Notes under the pieces: generated by a model
Told to the model about the DNA's origin: nothing
The model's database searches: none
What the model saw: the letters and a program-made list of their open reading frames with translations, nothing else
Origin: an uncultured bacterium
GTDB lineage: Bacteria > Omnitrophota > Omnitrophia > Omnitrophales > Aquincolibacteriaceae
DNA: 64,000 nucleotides
Assembly: GCA_964562525.1 (NCBI GenBank)
Contig: CAZLTL010000008.1
Location: 27,710-91,709, forward strand
Direction of reading: 5' to 3'
In this document: positions 42,901-49,877 of the stretch, one piece after another
Layout of the letters: each line of letters starts with the position of its first letter
Position numbering within the stretch: the stretch's first letter is position 1
Translations under genes and position numbers: made by a program

Positions 42901-43715
42901 ACGGTTGAAAAAGACTTCACTTTGTTTGCCGCGAAAACTTCCAAAATATCTTTGGTCAAACGGGATCCGGCAAGCGCAATGGTTTCCTGAGTTTCAGGAT
43001 TCAATACATGATCCGCACAGAAACTATCTTCAAGTTTCGAAATCTTAGAGCGGTCAAACGCTTTCACTTCTTCTATTTCATAGAAGCTTTCCAAAAGCGA
43101 GCGAGTCGAAGGACAACCCAACGCACGGAGAAGCGTCGTTGCAAGAATCTTACGCTTACGATCGATGTAAGCATAAATCACGCCATTAATGTCCGTTTCG
43201 AACTCAAGCCATGCGCCGCGATAAGGAATAATACGCACGCCATAAATCTTTTTTCCGCTCGGATGAATGGATTCTTCCAAAGAAAGCCCGGGTGAACGAT
43301 GAAGCTGACTTACAACAACGCGCTCAGCACCGTTAATTACGAAAGTCCCAGTTTCTGTCATCAAAGGAAGCTCACCAATGTAAACTTCTTGCTCTTTAGA
43401 AACACCTTTGCGTACAAGGCGAAGCTTTACTTTAAGCGGCGCGGCATAAGTCATGCCGCGGCGATGACATTCAAGAATGGAGTACTTGGGTTTACCAAGA
43501 ACATACCCTTCATATTCCAAACGGCACGTACCGTCAAAGCTTTCAATAGGGAAACAATCTGCAAAAGCAGATTCAAGCCCCTGACGCTTGCGTTTGCGCG
43601 CGGAACCAAAAGTTTGGAGAAATTCTTCGTATGAACGAATTTGAATTTCAACCAAGTTCGGCAACGCGACCGTGTCTTGAATTTTAGTAAAGATCTTTCT
43701 TTCAGTTAAAGGCAC
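39924..43715 (-). CDS. rpoB: DNA-directed RNA polymerase subunit beta
   Basis: 1263 aa. GTG start at 43713-43715 with GGGGAGGG 8 nt upstream. Confidence 0.97.
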   Translation of the reverse strand: MPLTERKIFTKIQDTVALPNLVEIQIRSYEEFLQTFGSARKRKRQGLESAFADCFPIESFDGTCRLEYEGYVLGKPKYSILECHRRGMTYAAPLKVKLRLVRKGVSKEQEVYIGELPLMTETGTFVINGAERVVVSQLHRSPGLSLEESIHPSGKKIYGVRIIPYRGAWLEFETDINGVIYAYIDRKRKILATTLLRALGCPSTRSLLESFYEIEEVKAFDRSKISKLEDSFCADHVLNPETQETIALAGSRLTKDILEVFAANKVKSFSTVKMPNDDLCVMNTLERDPYQTSADAQLAIYRRIRPGDPPTESTAKDLIHKLFFDQQRYDLGNVGRFMLNRKLNMEGKSDKTTLGYEDVIKVLGQLLKLRSGEIRVDDIDHLGNRRVRSVGELLQNQFRVGLARMKRSCVERMSIYDLDAAMPHNLINPKLISAAIKDFFGRSQLSQFMDQTNPLAELTHKRRLSALGPGGLSRERAGFEVRDVHPSHYGRVCPIETPEGPNIGLIASLSTFARVNEVGFLETPYRKVENGRVTDKIDYLTADVEDRYVIAQANEEIDKNGKFNNEIVSCRCRGDFLKKKPEEIDYMDVSPRQLVSVAASLIPFLEHDDANRALMGSNMQRQAVPLLITDSPLVGTGMEKYVACDSGAVVVAKQKGTVKYVSADEIVVDDISYKLNKFERSNAGTCLNQRPLVKKGDKIKKGDPLADGAATQGGELALGRNVMVAFMSWGGYNFEDAIILSERLSKEDVYTSLHIEEFEVEARDTKLGNEEITRDIPNVGEEALKDLDAEGVVRVGAEVKPGDILVGKITPKSEIELSPEEKLLRAIFGEKAGDVRDASLTVPPGVEGIVVDVKMFARKESQAKTREEKKQEASDIAEIKDRYQQRIDSLKEIRMSKVTDLLVGTKLADDLLDDVLGEVLMKSGHTLSKADLKKFENADWDSLRLTDEEAEESVKKLARVWSDEIDELVIERTREIEHVKKGDELPPGVIKKVVVYVCSKRKISVGDKMAGRHGNKGVIAKILPEEDMPYLPDGSPVEIVLNPLGVPSRMNVGQLLETHMGWAAKVLGIKIETPVFSGATEGEIKSMLKEAGLPENGKTDLYDGRTGMPFDEKVTVGQIYMLKLAHLADDKIHARSIGPYSLVTQQPLGGKAQFGGQRFGEMEVWALEAYGAAFTLQELLTVKSDDVVGRTKVYEAIVKGEPALHAGTPESFNVLVKELQALGLDIVPEKNGAKAKLGIALAQEVEAAQVEKQQQDAKEKLKV

Positions 43716-43742
43716 AGTAGGCCCTCCCCGATGAATCTCTGG

Positions 43743-43770
43743 AAAAAATCGGGGGCTCTGCGAGCCCCCG
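43743..43770 (-). terminator. rplL-rpoB intergenic attenuator (partial intrinsic terminator)
   Basis: 9-bp GC stem CGGGGGCTC tgc GAGCCCCCG (43750-43770), followed on the minus strand by AUUUUUUCC. Same position as the E. coli rplL-rpoB attenuator. Confidence 0.7.
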
Positions 43771-43793
43771 CATTCGAATCTGAACCGAAGCGA

Positions 43794-44204
43794 TTACTTA
43801 ATTTCGACTTTCGCGCCAGCGGCTTCGAGAGTCTTCTTAATTTTTTCGGCTTCTTCTTTCGTAGCGCCTTCCTTAACAACTTTAGGAGCAGCTTCAACAA
43901 GATCTTTTGCTTCCTTCAAGCCAAGGCTGGTAACGCCGCGGATTTCTTTAATAACATTGATCTTCTGTTCGCCAGCGCTTACAAGAACAACGTCAAACGC
44001 TGTCTTTTCAGCGGCAGCAGCACCACCCGCAGCAGCGCCGCCGGCAGCAACGGCAACAGGAGCAGCTGCAGCAGCTGCACTCACGCCGAATTCTTTTTCG
44101 ATCGACTTGACCAAATTCGCTAAATCAATAACCGTCATTTCTTTAATTGCGGTCAAAATTTCCTGACCTTTTGCAGAAAGCGGTGCTTCAGTTGCTTGTG
44201 ACAT
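43794..44204 (-). CDS. rplL: 50S ribosomal protein L7/L12
   Basis: The ORF-track N-terminal extension is non-coding. An ATG at 44202-44204 with a GGAGGAA SD gives [41 protein letters not shown]... Confidence 0.9.
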   Translation of the reverse strand: MSQATEAPLSAKGQEILTAIKEMTVIDLANLVKSIEKEFGVSAAAAAAPVAVAAGGAAAGGAAAAEKTAFDVVLVSAGEQKINVIKEIRGVTSLGLKEAKDLVEAAPKVVKEGATKEEAEKIKKTLEAAGAKVEIK

Positions 44205-44246
44205 AATCTTCGTTCCTCCGTTGATAGTTAATTTTTTTGTCTGCCG

Positions 44247-44270
44247 CGGTTGTGCAATTTGCACAGAGCC
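44247..44270 (+). repeat. Repeat copy 14: CGCGGTTG TGCAA t TTGCA CAGAGCC TAAAC
   Basis: rplJ-rplL spacer, which is 200 nt long. Confidence 0.6.
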
Positions 44271-44374
44271 TAAACAAACAGCGCGGTTTCCCGCTTACTT
44301 TTTGCCCTGCGCTACGCATACGCAGAACATAAACTTTTTATTTGCGCCCCTTAACACCTTGCTCTACAGGAACG

Positions 44375-44398
44375 CCGGTTGCGGCTTGCTGCAGAGGC
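44375..44398 (+). repeat. Repeat copy 15: CCGGTTG CGGC ttg CTGCAG AGGC AAAATATT (imperfect stem)
   Basis: 7 nt after the rplJ stop. Confidence 0.5.
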
Positions 44399-44404
44399 AA
44401 AATA

Positions 44405-44938
44405 TTAATTGGAAGCGGACGCAGCTCCCTTTTGCTTTCCGACCTGATCCAACGAGATCGCGAGACCGCGAATCGTATTGGACAATACTGAAGCGAACCC
44501 GGCGATCGGAGAATTCAATCTCACAACCAGCTGAGTCAAAAGCTCGTTACGCGACGGCAACTTCGAGAGCTGCTGAACAAACTCAGCGCTTTCCAACCTG
44601 CCTTCAAAAAGAACGCCTACGCATTTAATTTTTTCTGAAACTTTCGCACCCTCAACAACGCCCTTGGAAATGTCCTGTGGCTCTTTGTCGCCGAAAGTCA
44701 AAATAACAGATCCCTTTAAGAGCGAATCCACATTATCAATTCCGCGGCTTTTCAAAATCTTGCGCGCCATAGCATGCTTCACAAGCAATGAACGCTTTGC
44801 CGATTGATTCATTTTCGAACGCGCCTTCGAGAGATCAGACACACTCAAAGATTCAAAATTCGAAAAGAAAACGTAATTGCTCGCGCTGAACTCGCGTTCA
44901 ATTTCCTGAAACATCATTTCTTTTTCAATCGCTGGCAT
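44405..44938 (-). CDS. rplJ: 50S ribosomal protein L10
   Basis: 177 aa. ATG at 44936-44938 with an AAGAGGAAG SD. Confidence 0.95.
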   Translation of the reverse strand: MPAIEKEMMFQEIEREFSASNYVFFSNFESLSVSDLSKARSKMNQSAKRSLLVKHAMARKILKSRGIDNVDSLLKGSVILTFGDKEPQDISKGVVEGAKVSEKIKCVGVLFEGRLESAEFVQQLSKLPSRNELLTQLVVRLNSPIAGFASVLSNTIRGLAISLDQVGKQKGAASASN

Positions 44939-44963
44939 AACTTCCTCTTTTTACTTATCTTTT

Positions 44964-44988
44964 CGCGGTTGGGCGTTAGCCCAGAGCC
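44964..44988 (+). repeat. Repeat copy 16: CGCGGTTG GGC GTTA GCC CAGAGCC
   Basis: rplA-rplJ spacer (L10 leader position). Confidence 0.6.
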
Positions 44989-45000
44989 CTATTTGACAGT

Positions 45001-45026
45001 CGCGGTTGCGCCTTCGGCGCAGAGCC
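45001..45026 (+). repeat. Repeat copy 17: CGCGGTTG CGCC TTC GGCG CAGAGCC AAAATC
   Basis: Tandem with copy 16, 12 nt apart. Confidence 0.6.
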
Positions 45027-45034
45027 AAAATCTA

Positions 45035-45721
45035 TTAAAGCGCGCTTAAATTAAGCGTTAACCCAGGCCCTTGCGTTGGCGCCATTGTGATCGCTTTCAA
45101 ATACTCACCCTTGCTCGTCAAGGGCTTAGCATCACGAACAGCCTTGATCACGCTTTTCGCGTTTTCAAGAATAGCCTGCTCAGAAAACGAAATTTTGCCG
45201 CAAATCGCATGCAAACCACCGGTCTTATCACTCTTAAACTCAACGCGACCCGCCTTCAGCTCTTTTACAGCTTGTCCAACCTGAGGCGTAACGCCACCGG
45301 TTTTTGGCGTCGGCATCAAGCCCTTAGGCCCAAGAACACGCCCAAGCTTTGAAACTTCACGCATCATATCGGGATGCGCAACAACAGCATCAAATTCAAA
45401 CCATCCACCGAGAACTTTTTGAACAAGCTCATCGCCGCCAACGTAATCGGCACCCGCTGATTCCGCTTGCTTAACAGAGTCGCCTTTGCAAAAACAAAGA
45501 ACACGCACGCTTTTACCGCTGCCATGAGGAAGAGAAACCGTGCCGCGCACGTTCTCATCACCAGAGTCCGCTTTGATTCCAAGCTGGAAATTCATAGCCA
45601 CAGTTTCATCATATTTATTATCAGAAACCTGCTTAACAATTTTGACGGCATCCGCAAGCGAGTAAACTTTGTTTACTTCAACGAGCGCGGACCGTTTTTG
45701 CTGACGCTTACTTTTCTTCAT
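45035..45721 (-). CDS. rplA: 50S ribosomal protein L1
   Basis: 228 aa, the L1 family. Confidence 0.95.
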   Translation of the reverse strand: MKKSKRQQKRSALVEVNKVYSLADAVKIVKQVSDNKYDETVAMNFQLGIKADSGDENVRGTVSLPHGSGKSVRVLCFCKGDSVKQAESAGADYVGGDELVQKVLGGWFEFDAVVAHPDMMREVSKLGRVLGPKGLMPTPKTGGVTPQVGQAVKELKAGRVEFKSDKTGGLHAICGKISFSEQAILENAKSVIKAVRDAKPLTSKGEYLKAITMAPTQGPGLTLNLSAL

Positions 45722-45736
45722 ACAGTTTCCTTTTTA

Positions 45737-45758
45737 ACTCTGCGCTACGCGCAACCGT
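45737..45758 (-). repeat. Repeat copy 18, reverse orientation (plus strand reads CTCTG CGC TAC GCG CAACCG)
   Basis: rplK-rplA spacer, 2 nt after the rplK stop. The only clean copy in the opposite orientation. Confidence 0.5.
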
Positions 45759-45760
45759 TA

Positions 45761-46189
45761 TTAACCATCAATAACTTTAATGCCCATGCTGCGCGCGGTA
45801 CCTTCAATAACTCGCATCGCGCTTTCAAGCTTGGTGGCATTCATATCAACCATTTTCTTCTTCGCGATTTCGGCAACCTGCGACTTCTTAATCTGACCGA
45901 TTTCCACCTTACCTGCTTCTCCGGAAGCCTTGGCAAGACCAACCGCTTTTTTGATCGAAGCGGATACCGGCGGCTGCTTTAAGATAAAGTCAAAAGACTT
46001 GTCTTTGTAAACCGTCATCACGACCGGGAAAATCGTTCCCATGTCTTTTTTAGTGCGCTCGTTAAACTGCTTGCAGAACTCCATGATGTTCACACCATGT
46101 TGACCGAGAGCAGGACCTACCGGCGGCGCGGGATTCGCCTGACCACCCGGAAGCTGCAATTTAATATATGTTTTAATTTCTTTTGCCAT
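45761..46189 (-). CDS. rplK: 50S ribosomal protein L11
   Basis: [38 protein letters not shown]... Confidence 0.95.
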   Translation of the reverse strand: MAKEIKTYIKLQLPGGQANPAPPVGPALGQHGVNIMEFCKQFNERTKKDMGTIFPVVMTVYKDKSFDFILKQPPVSASIKKAVGLAKASGEAGKVEIGQIKKSQVAEIAKKKMVDMNATKLESAMRVIEGTARSMGIKVIDG

Positions 46190-46204
46190 TGTCTTTATCT
46201 TTCC

Positions 46205-46738
46205 TTAAATACGTTCAACTTGCCAGTATTCGAGCTCAACGGGAGTTGCCCGTCCAAAAATCGTTACGCGAACGCGAAGCTTCCCGCGATCTGGATTGAT
46301 CTGCTCAATCACACCGTTAAAGTTCGCGAAAGCACCTTCTTTAACGCGAACGCTTTCACCCTCACTGAATTCAACCTTCGGCTTCGGCTTAGAAGTCTTT
46401 TCTTCCTGCCCCTGAATAATCTCGCTAATTTCCTTATCAGACAAAGGAATCGGACGCTTACTTGATCCAACAAAACCCGAAACACCCGGCGTATTTTTTA
46501 CGAGATACCAAGTCTCATCGCTCAAATCCATGTGCACTAAAATATACCCTGGAAAAAATTTGCGCTCACTAATGCGCTTTTTGCCCGCCTTGACTTCACT
46601 GACCTTTTCAGTCGGAATCAAAACCTCATGAATTTTTTCAGTCAAACCTTGCATTTGCGCGCGAACCATCAAACCTGAGCGAGCCTTGCCTTCAAGACCC
46701 GTCTGCGTGTGAACCACATACCATTTAAGATCCGGCAT
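46205..46738 (-). CDS. nusG: Transcription termination/antitermination factor NusG
   Basis: 177 aa with NGN and KOW domains. Confidence 0.95.
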   Translation of the reverse strand: MPDLKWYVVHTQTGLEGKARSGLMVRAQMQGLTEKIHEVLIPTEKVSEVKAGKKRISERKFFPGYILVHMDLSDETWYLVKNTPGVSGFVGSSKRPIPLSDKEISEIIQGQEEKTSKPKPKVEFSEGESVRVKEGAFANFNGVIEQINPDRGKLRVRVTIFGRATPVELEYWQVERI

Positions 46739-46746
46739 AATTCCCC

Positions 46747-46938
46747 TTAACTCCGTCTAATCAAAAAACTTAAAACCGTTGAGTTCGCGATATCGATCAC
46801 AAAAATCAACAAAGCTAAAAATGCCGTCGCAATCATCACAACCATGCCCGCCTGAAAAACCTCAGAACGAGGAGGCCAAGTCACTTTCTTCAACTCCAAA
46901 AAGATTTCCGTAAAAAATCCGCCGACCTTCTGAAACAT
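46747..46938 (-). CDS. secE: Protein translocase subunit SecE
   Basis: 63 aa, single TM, in the conserved secE-nusG position. Confidence 0.9.
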   Translation of the reverse strand: MFQKVGGFFTEIFLELKKVTWPPRSEVFQAGMVVMIATAFLALLIFVIDIANSTVLSFLIRRS

Positions 46939-46997
46939 TTTTATTTTCCCTAAATTTCTTTTTCTCTTCGCGACCGCACTTTGTGCAAAGCCGTTTA

Positions 46998-47022
46998 CCG
47001 GTTGAGCTTTCAGCTCAGAGGC
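46998..47022 (+). repeat. Repeat copy 19: CCGGTTG AGCT ttc AGCTCA GAGGC AAAAAC
   Basis: tRNA-Trp-secE spacer. Confidence 0.6.
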
Positions 47023-47036
47023 AAAAACAATTCGTA

Positions 47037-47111
47037 CAGGCCTGGTAGGATTCGAACCTACAACAAGCGGTTTTGGAGACCGCCGCTCTAGCCAATTGGA
47101 GCTACAGGCCT
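47037..47111 (-). tRNA. trnW: tRNA-Trp (anticodon CCA)
   Basis: Cloverleaf read on the minus strand: acceptor AGGCCUG/CAGGCCU, anticodon loop CUCCAAA, T-loop UUCGAAU. Sits in the conserved rpmG-tRNA-Trp-secE position. Confidence 0.85.
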
Positions 47112-47148
47112 ATGTCTCTCAAAACTTCTGACCACCCGGCGACTTCCA

Positions 47149-47173
47149 CCGGTTGAGCCAAAGGCTCAGAGGC
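47149..47173 (+). repeat. Repeat copy 20: CCGGTTG AGCC AAA GGCT CAGAGGC
   Basis: rpmG-tRNA-Trp spacer, 14 nt after the rpmG stop. Confidence 0.6.
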
Positions 47174-47187
47174 CATACAAAAAACTG

Positions 47188-47343
47188 TTACTTCTTCTCT
47201 CGGAAAATGATGTGCTTACGCAACACCGGGCAATACTTTTTCCGCTCAAGACGATCGGGATTCTGCTTCTTATTCTTCCGAGTCATATAAGTCGTCGGAC
47301 TCGCAGGATCAGTCGCCACCAAAGTTATAATTTCACTTGCCAT
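47188..47343 (-). CDS. rpmG: 50S ribosomal protein L33
   Basis: Not in the ORF track (51 aa). [51 protein letters not shown] with an AGGAA SD. It has a single Cys, so it is the non-zinc type. Confidence 0.85.
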   Translation of the reverse strand: MASEIITLVATDPASPTTYMTRKNKKQNPDRLERKKYCPVLRKHIIFREKK

Positions 47344-47375
47344 TTTAATAGTTCCTAATTTATCAATATCGCCAC

Positions 47376-47403
47376 AGAAAAAACTACCGGCGAAACCGCC
47401 GGT
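47376..47403 (-). terminator. Second hairpin plus U-tract upstream of rpmG (attenuator/terminator candidate)
   Basis: ACCGGCG aaac CGCCGGT (47386-47403), followed on the minus strand by AGUUUUUUCU. Its right arm overlaps the CCGGTTG flank of repeat copy 21. Confidence 0.45.
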
Positions 47404-47421
47404 TGCACCGCGTGCAGAGGC
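47399..47421 (+). repeat. Repeat copy 21: CCGGTTG CAC CGC GTG CAGAGGC TAAATAAAT
   Basis: tuf-rpmG spacer, between the two terminator hairpins. Confidence 0.6.
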
Positions 47422-47454
47422 TAAATAAATACCCCGCCGAAAACGGCGGGGTAT
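47422..47454 (-). terminator. Intrinsic terminator after tuf
   Basis: 11-bp stem ATACCCCGCCG aaaa CGGCGGGGTAT (47429-47454), 8 nt after the tuf stop. Followed on the minus strand by UUAUUUAG. Confidence 0.6.
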
Positions 47455-47461
47455 TTGAATA

Positions 47462-48667
47462 TTACGCGATAATTTCGCTCACAACACCCGCGCCAACGGT
47501 TTTACCGCCTTCGCGAATAGCGAAACGCAATTCTTTTTCCATCGCAACCTGGCTGATCAATTCACCTGTGATTGAAACGTTGTCACCAGGCATAACCATT
47601 TCACGACCTTCCGGCAACTCAACGATACCGGTAACGTCGGTAGTACGGAAGTAGAACTGAGGACGATATCCCTTAAAGAAAGGAGTATGACGCCCGCCTT
47701 CTTCTTTGCTCAAAATATAAACCTCAGCCTTGAACTTCTTATGCGGAGAAACTGAGTTCACAGCGCAAATAACCATACCACGCTGGATCTGATCTTTTTC
47801 AACACCACGAAGAAGAAGACCAACGTTGTCGCCGGCTTGACCTTGATCAAGCAACTTGCGGAACATTTCAACGCCAGTTACTGTAGTTTTCATCTTCTGA
47901 CCATCAGCCTGAAGACCAACGATCTCAGCTTCATCACCAACCTTGATGATTCCGCGCTCAATACGACCCGTTGCAACCGTTCCGCGACCCGAGATCGAGA
48001 AAACGTCTTCAACCGACATCAAGAAAGGCTTGTCAACTTCACGCTTCGGCTCAGGAACATATTTATCCAAAGCATCAATCAACTCTTCAATACACTTGAT
48101 TGCAGCAGGATCCTTAGGGTTTTGCGCGGCAGGAAGACCTGAACCACGAACAACCGGAATCTTGTCCCCGGGGAATTTATACTTCGTCAAAAGATCGCGA
48201 ACTTCCATTTCAACAAGATCCAAAAGTTCTTTGTCATCAACAAGATCAATCTTGTTAAGAAAAACAACGATCGCAGGAACACCTACCTGACGAGCAAGCA
48301 AGATGTGTTCGCGCGTCTGAGGCATCGGGCCGTCAACAGCAGAAACAACGAGAATAGCTCCGTCCATCTGCGCAGCACCGGTGATCATGTTCTTAATGTA
48401 GTCAGCGTGACCCGGGCAATCAATATGCGCGTAGTGACGCGTCGGAGAAGAATACTCAACGTGAGAAACGGCAATAGTAACGATTTTGGAATCGTCACGA
48501 ACAGTTCCGCCCTTAGCGATTTCCGCGTAAGTTTTGATATCCGCAAGACCTTTTGCATTTTGAACCATGCAAAGCGCGGTAGTTAACGTGGTCTTACCAT
48601 GGTCGACGTGGCCAATAGTACCGACGTTCACGTGCGGTTTTGTTCTGTCAAATTTTTCTTTTGCCAT
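47462..48667 (-). CDS. tuf: Elongation factor Tu
   Basis: 401 aa, [13 protein letters not shown]-type G-domain. Confidence 0.97.
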   Translation of the reverse strand: MAKEKFDRTKPHVNVGTIGHVDHGKTTLTTALCMVQNAKGLADIKTYAEIAKGGTVRDDSKIVTIAVSHVEYSSPTRHYAHIDCPGHADYIKNMITGAAQMDGAILVVSAVDGPMPQTREHILLARQVGVPAIVVFLNKIDLVDDKELLDLVEMEVRDLLTKYKFPGDKIPVVRGSGLPAAQNPKDPAAIKCIEELIDALDKYVPEPKREVDKPFLMSVEDVFSISGRGTVATGRIERGIIKVGDEAEIVGLQADGQKMKTTVTGVEMFRKLLDQGQAGDNVGLLLRGVEKDQIQRGMVICAVNSVSPHKKFKAEVYILSKEEGGRHTPFFKGYRPQFYFRTTDVTGIVELPEGREMVMPGDNVSITGELISQVAMEKELRFAIREGGKTVGAGVVSEIIA

Positions 48668-48769
48668 TGTCGTATCTCCTTGAATTTAATTTACTATTTT
48701 ATTTTTTTCGCTTCACACCGCACGCAACAAATTGCGCAAAGCTCAAAGCAAACATATCACTACAAACTC

Positions 48770-48842
48770 AGCTGAAGATGGGAATCGAACCCACGACCTC
48801 GTCCTTACCAAGGACGTGCTCTACCAACTGAGCTACTTCAGC
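48770..48842 (-). tRNA. trnT: tRNA-Thr (anticodon GGU)
   Basis: Minus-strand cloverleaf: acceptor GCUGAAG/CUUCAGC, anticodon loop UUGGUAA, T-loop UUCGAUU. Lies upstream of tuf. Confidence 0.85.
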
Positions 48843-48930
48843 ACCAGCTGAAGAAAAAATCGTTCCTCTACCGCTCAAAGGGTAGAGAATACCCTATAGG
48901 GACTCCTGTCCTGAGGATAAAAGAGCTGAC

Positions 48931-48958
48931 ATTGTATCTATGCTTTTTGGCATGTCAA
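48931..48958 (-). promoter_or_regulatory. Sigma70-type promoter driving tRNA-Thr-tuf (minus strand)
   Basis: Minus-strand TTGACA (plus 48953-48958), 16-nt spacer, TACAAT (plus 48931-48936). About 80 nt upstream of the tRNA-Thr 5' end. Confidence 0.6.
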
Positions 48959-49153
48959 TTCTTTTTTAGATATTTTTTTATATTGTGGTTTTGGTTTTGC
49001 AGCTGGGGTTAAAACCCCCGACACCGAAAAAAATCTACCGGCCTAAGCCCGTCTAGTCATTTTTGATTTTTAAAGCTAATTATTAATCTTTTTAGATCTC
49101 TTTTAAATGCTTATGATAATTATTGACAACGTTTGATTCTTCTTCCTCAAGGC

Positions 49154-49181
49154 TTGACCTAAAATCATGTTTGTCTATAAT
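49154..49181 (+). promoter_or_regulatory. Sigma70-type promoter for gpmA
   Basis: TTGACC (49154-49159), 16 nt, TATAAT (49176-49181). About 55 nt upstream of the gpmA ATG. AT-rich upstream region. Confidence 0.6.
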
Positions 49182-49238
49182 GTCACGTCTTTTTCAATAG
49201 CACGCTATAAATATTGTAAATAAGCAGAAGGAAAAATC

Positions 49239-49877
49239 ATGGCAACTCTCATTCTTATCCGTCACGGCGAATCTCAATGGAATCTTGAAAACCGGTTTAC
49301 AGGATGGGTTGACGTGGAGCTCTCCGCCAAGGGAATCCAAGAAGCGGAAAGTGCCGGGAAAAAGCTTGCCGTTTACAAGATTGATAAAGCCTATACTTCC
49401 ATCCTCAAGCGCGCCATGAATACGCTTGATCTAGCTATGAAGTCAGCAGGCAAAACAGGTTTGCCGATTGTTCGCGATGCAGCTCTCAATGAACGCCATT
49501 ACGGCGCGTTGCAAGGGCTAAACAAAGCTGAGACCGCGAAGCTTTACAGCGACGAACAGGTCCATATTTGGCGCCGTAGCTATGATGTCCCACCTCCGAC
49601 AGAAAAAACTGATTTTAATCCTGAAGGAATCAGCGAAAGCCTTAAAGACACGGGCGCGCGTGCGATTCCCTACTTTCAGAAAAATATCGCCGCAGATTTA
49701 AAGTCGGGTAAAAATGTGATTGTTGCCGCGCACGGAAACAGCTTGCGTTCGATCGTGATGCATTTAGAGAATATGACCAAAGAGCAGGTTTTGGAGCTCA
49801 ACATTCCAACGGCAACTCCGCTCGTCTATGAACTGGACGGTAACCTTAAAATTATTTCGAAGAAAATCCTGAATTAA
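49239..49877 (+). CDS. gpmA: 2,3-bisphosphoglycerate-dependent phosphoglycerate mutase
   Basis: LIRHGESQWN phosphohistidine signature. 212 aa. Confidence 0.9.
   Translation: MATLILIRHGESQWNLENRFTGWVDVELSAKGIQEAESAGKKLAVYKIDKAYTSILKRAMNTLDLAMKSAGKTGLPIVRDAALNERHYGALQGLNKAETAKLYSDEQVHIWRRSYDVPPPTEKTDFNPEGISESLKDTGARAIPYFQKNIAADLKSGKNVIVAAHGNSLRSIVMHLENMTKEQVLELNIPTATPLVYELDGNLKIISKKILN

Larger units (their letters stand above)
44939..45034 (-). promoter_or_regulatory. rplJL leader region (position of the L10(L12)4 autoregulatory leader), occupied by two tandem repeat copies
   Basis: 96-nt spacer between the rplA stop and rplJ start, holding repeat copies at 44964-44988 and 45001-45026. Confidence 0.35.

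Noticed and set aside
35983-43634. Multiple long plus-strand ORFs (up to 310 aa) inside rpoC and rpoB
   Set aside because: They are antisense to two of the most conserved genes in the window. Their translations are Arg/Phe/Asn-rich junk with no motifs. Long antisense ORFs are expected opposite codon-biased genes.
43794-44264. ORF-track 156-aa version of rplL (and the similar N-extended rplO 23155-23685, rplN 26778-27173, gatC 3193-3510)
   Set aside because: The upstream extensions start at TTG/GTG, cover non-coding repeat sequence or the neighbouring gene's frame, and lack SD sequences. Internal ATG codons with good SD sequences reproduce the conserved N-termini.
45028-45050. Palindrome AAGCGCGCTT flanked by TTAA near the rplA 3' end
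   Set aside because: It falls inside the last codons of rplA (..S A L stop), not in the spacer. It is too short at 10 bp to count as an element.
16471-47421. Possibility that the intergenic repeats are a CRISPR array
   Set aside because: Copies are separated by whole genes at irregular kb-scale intervals. The repeat stems differ between copies. There are no unique short spacers and no cas genes.
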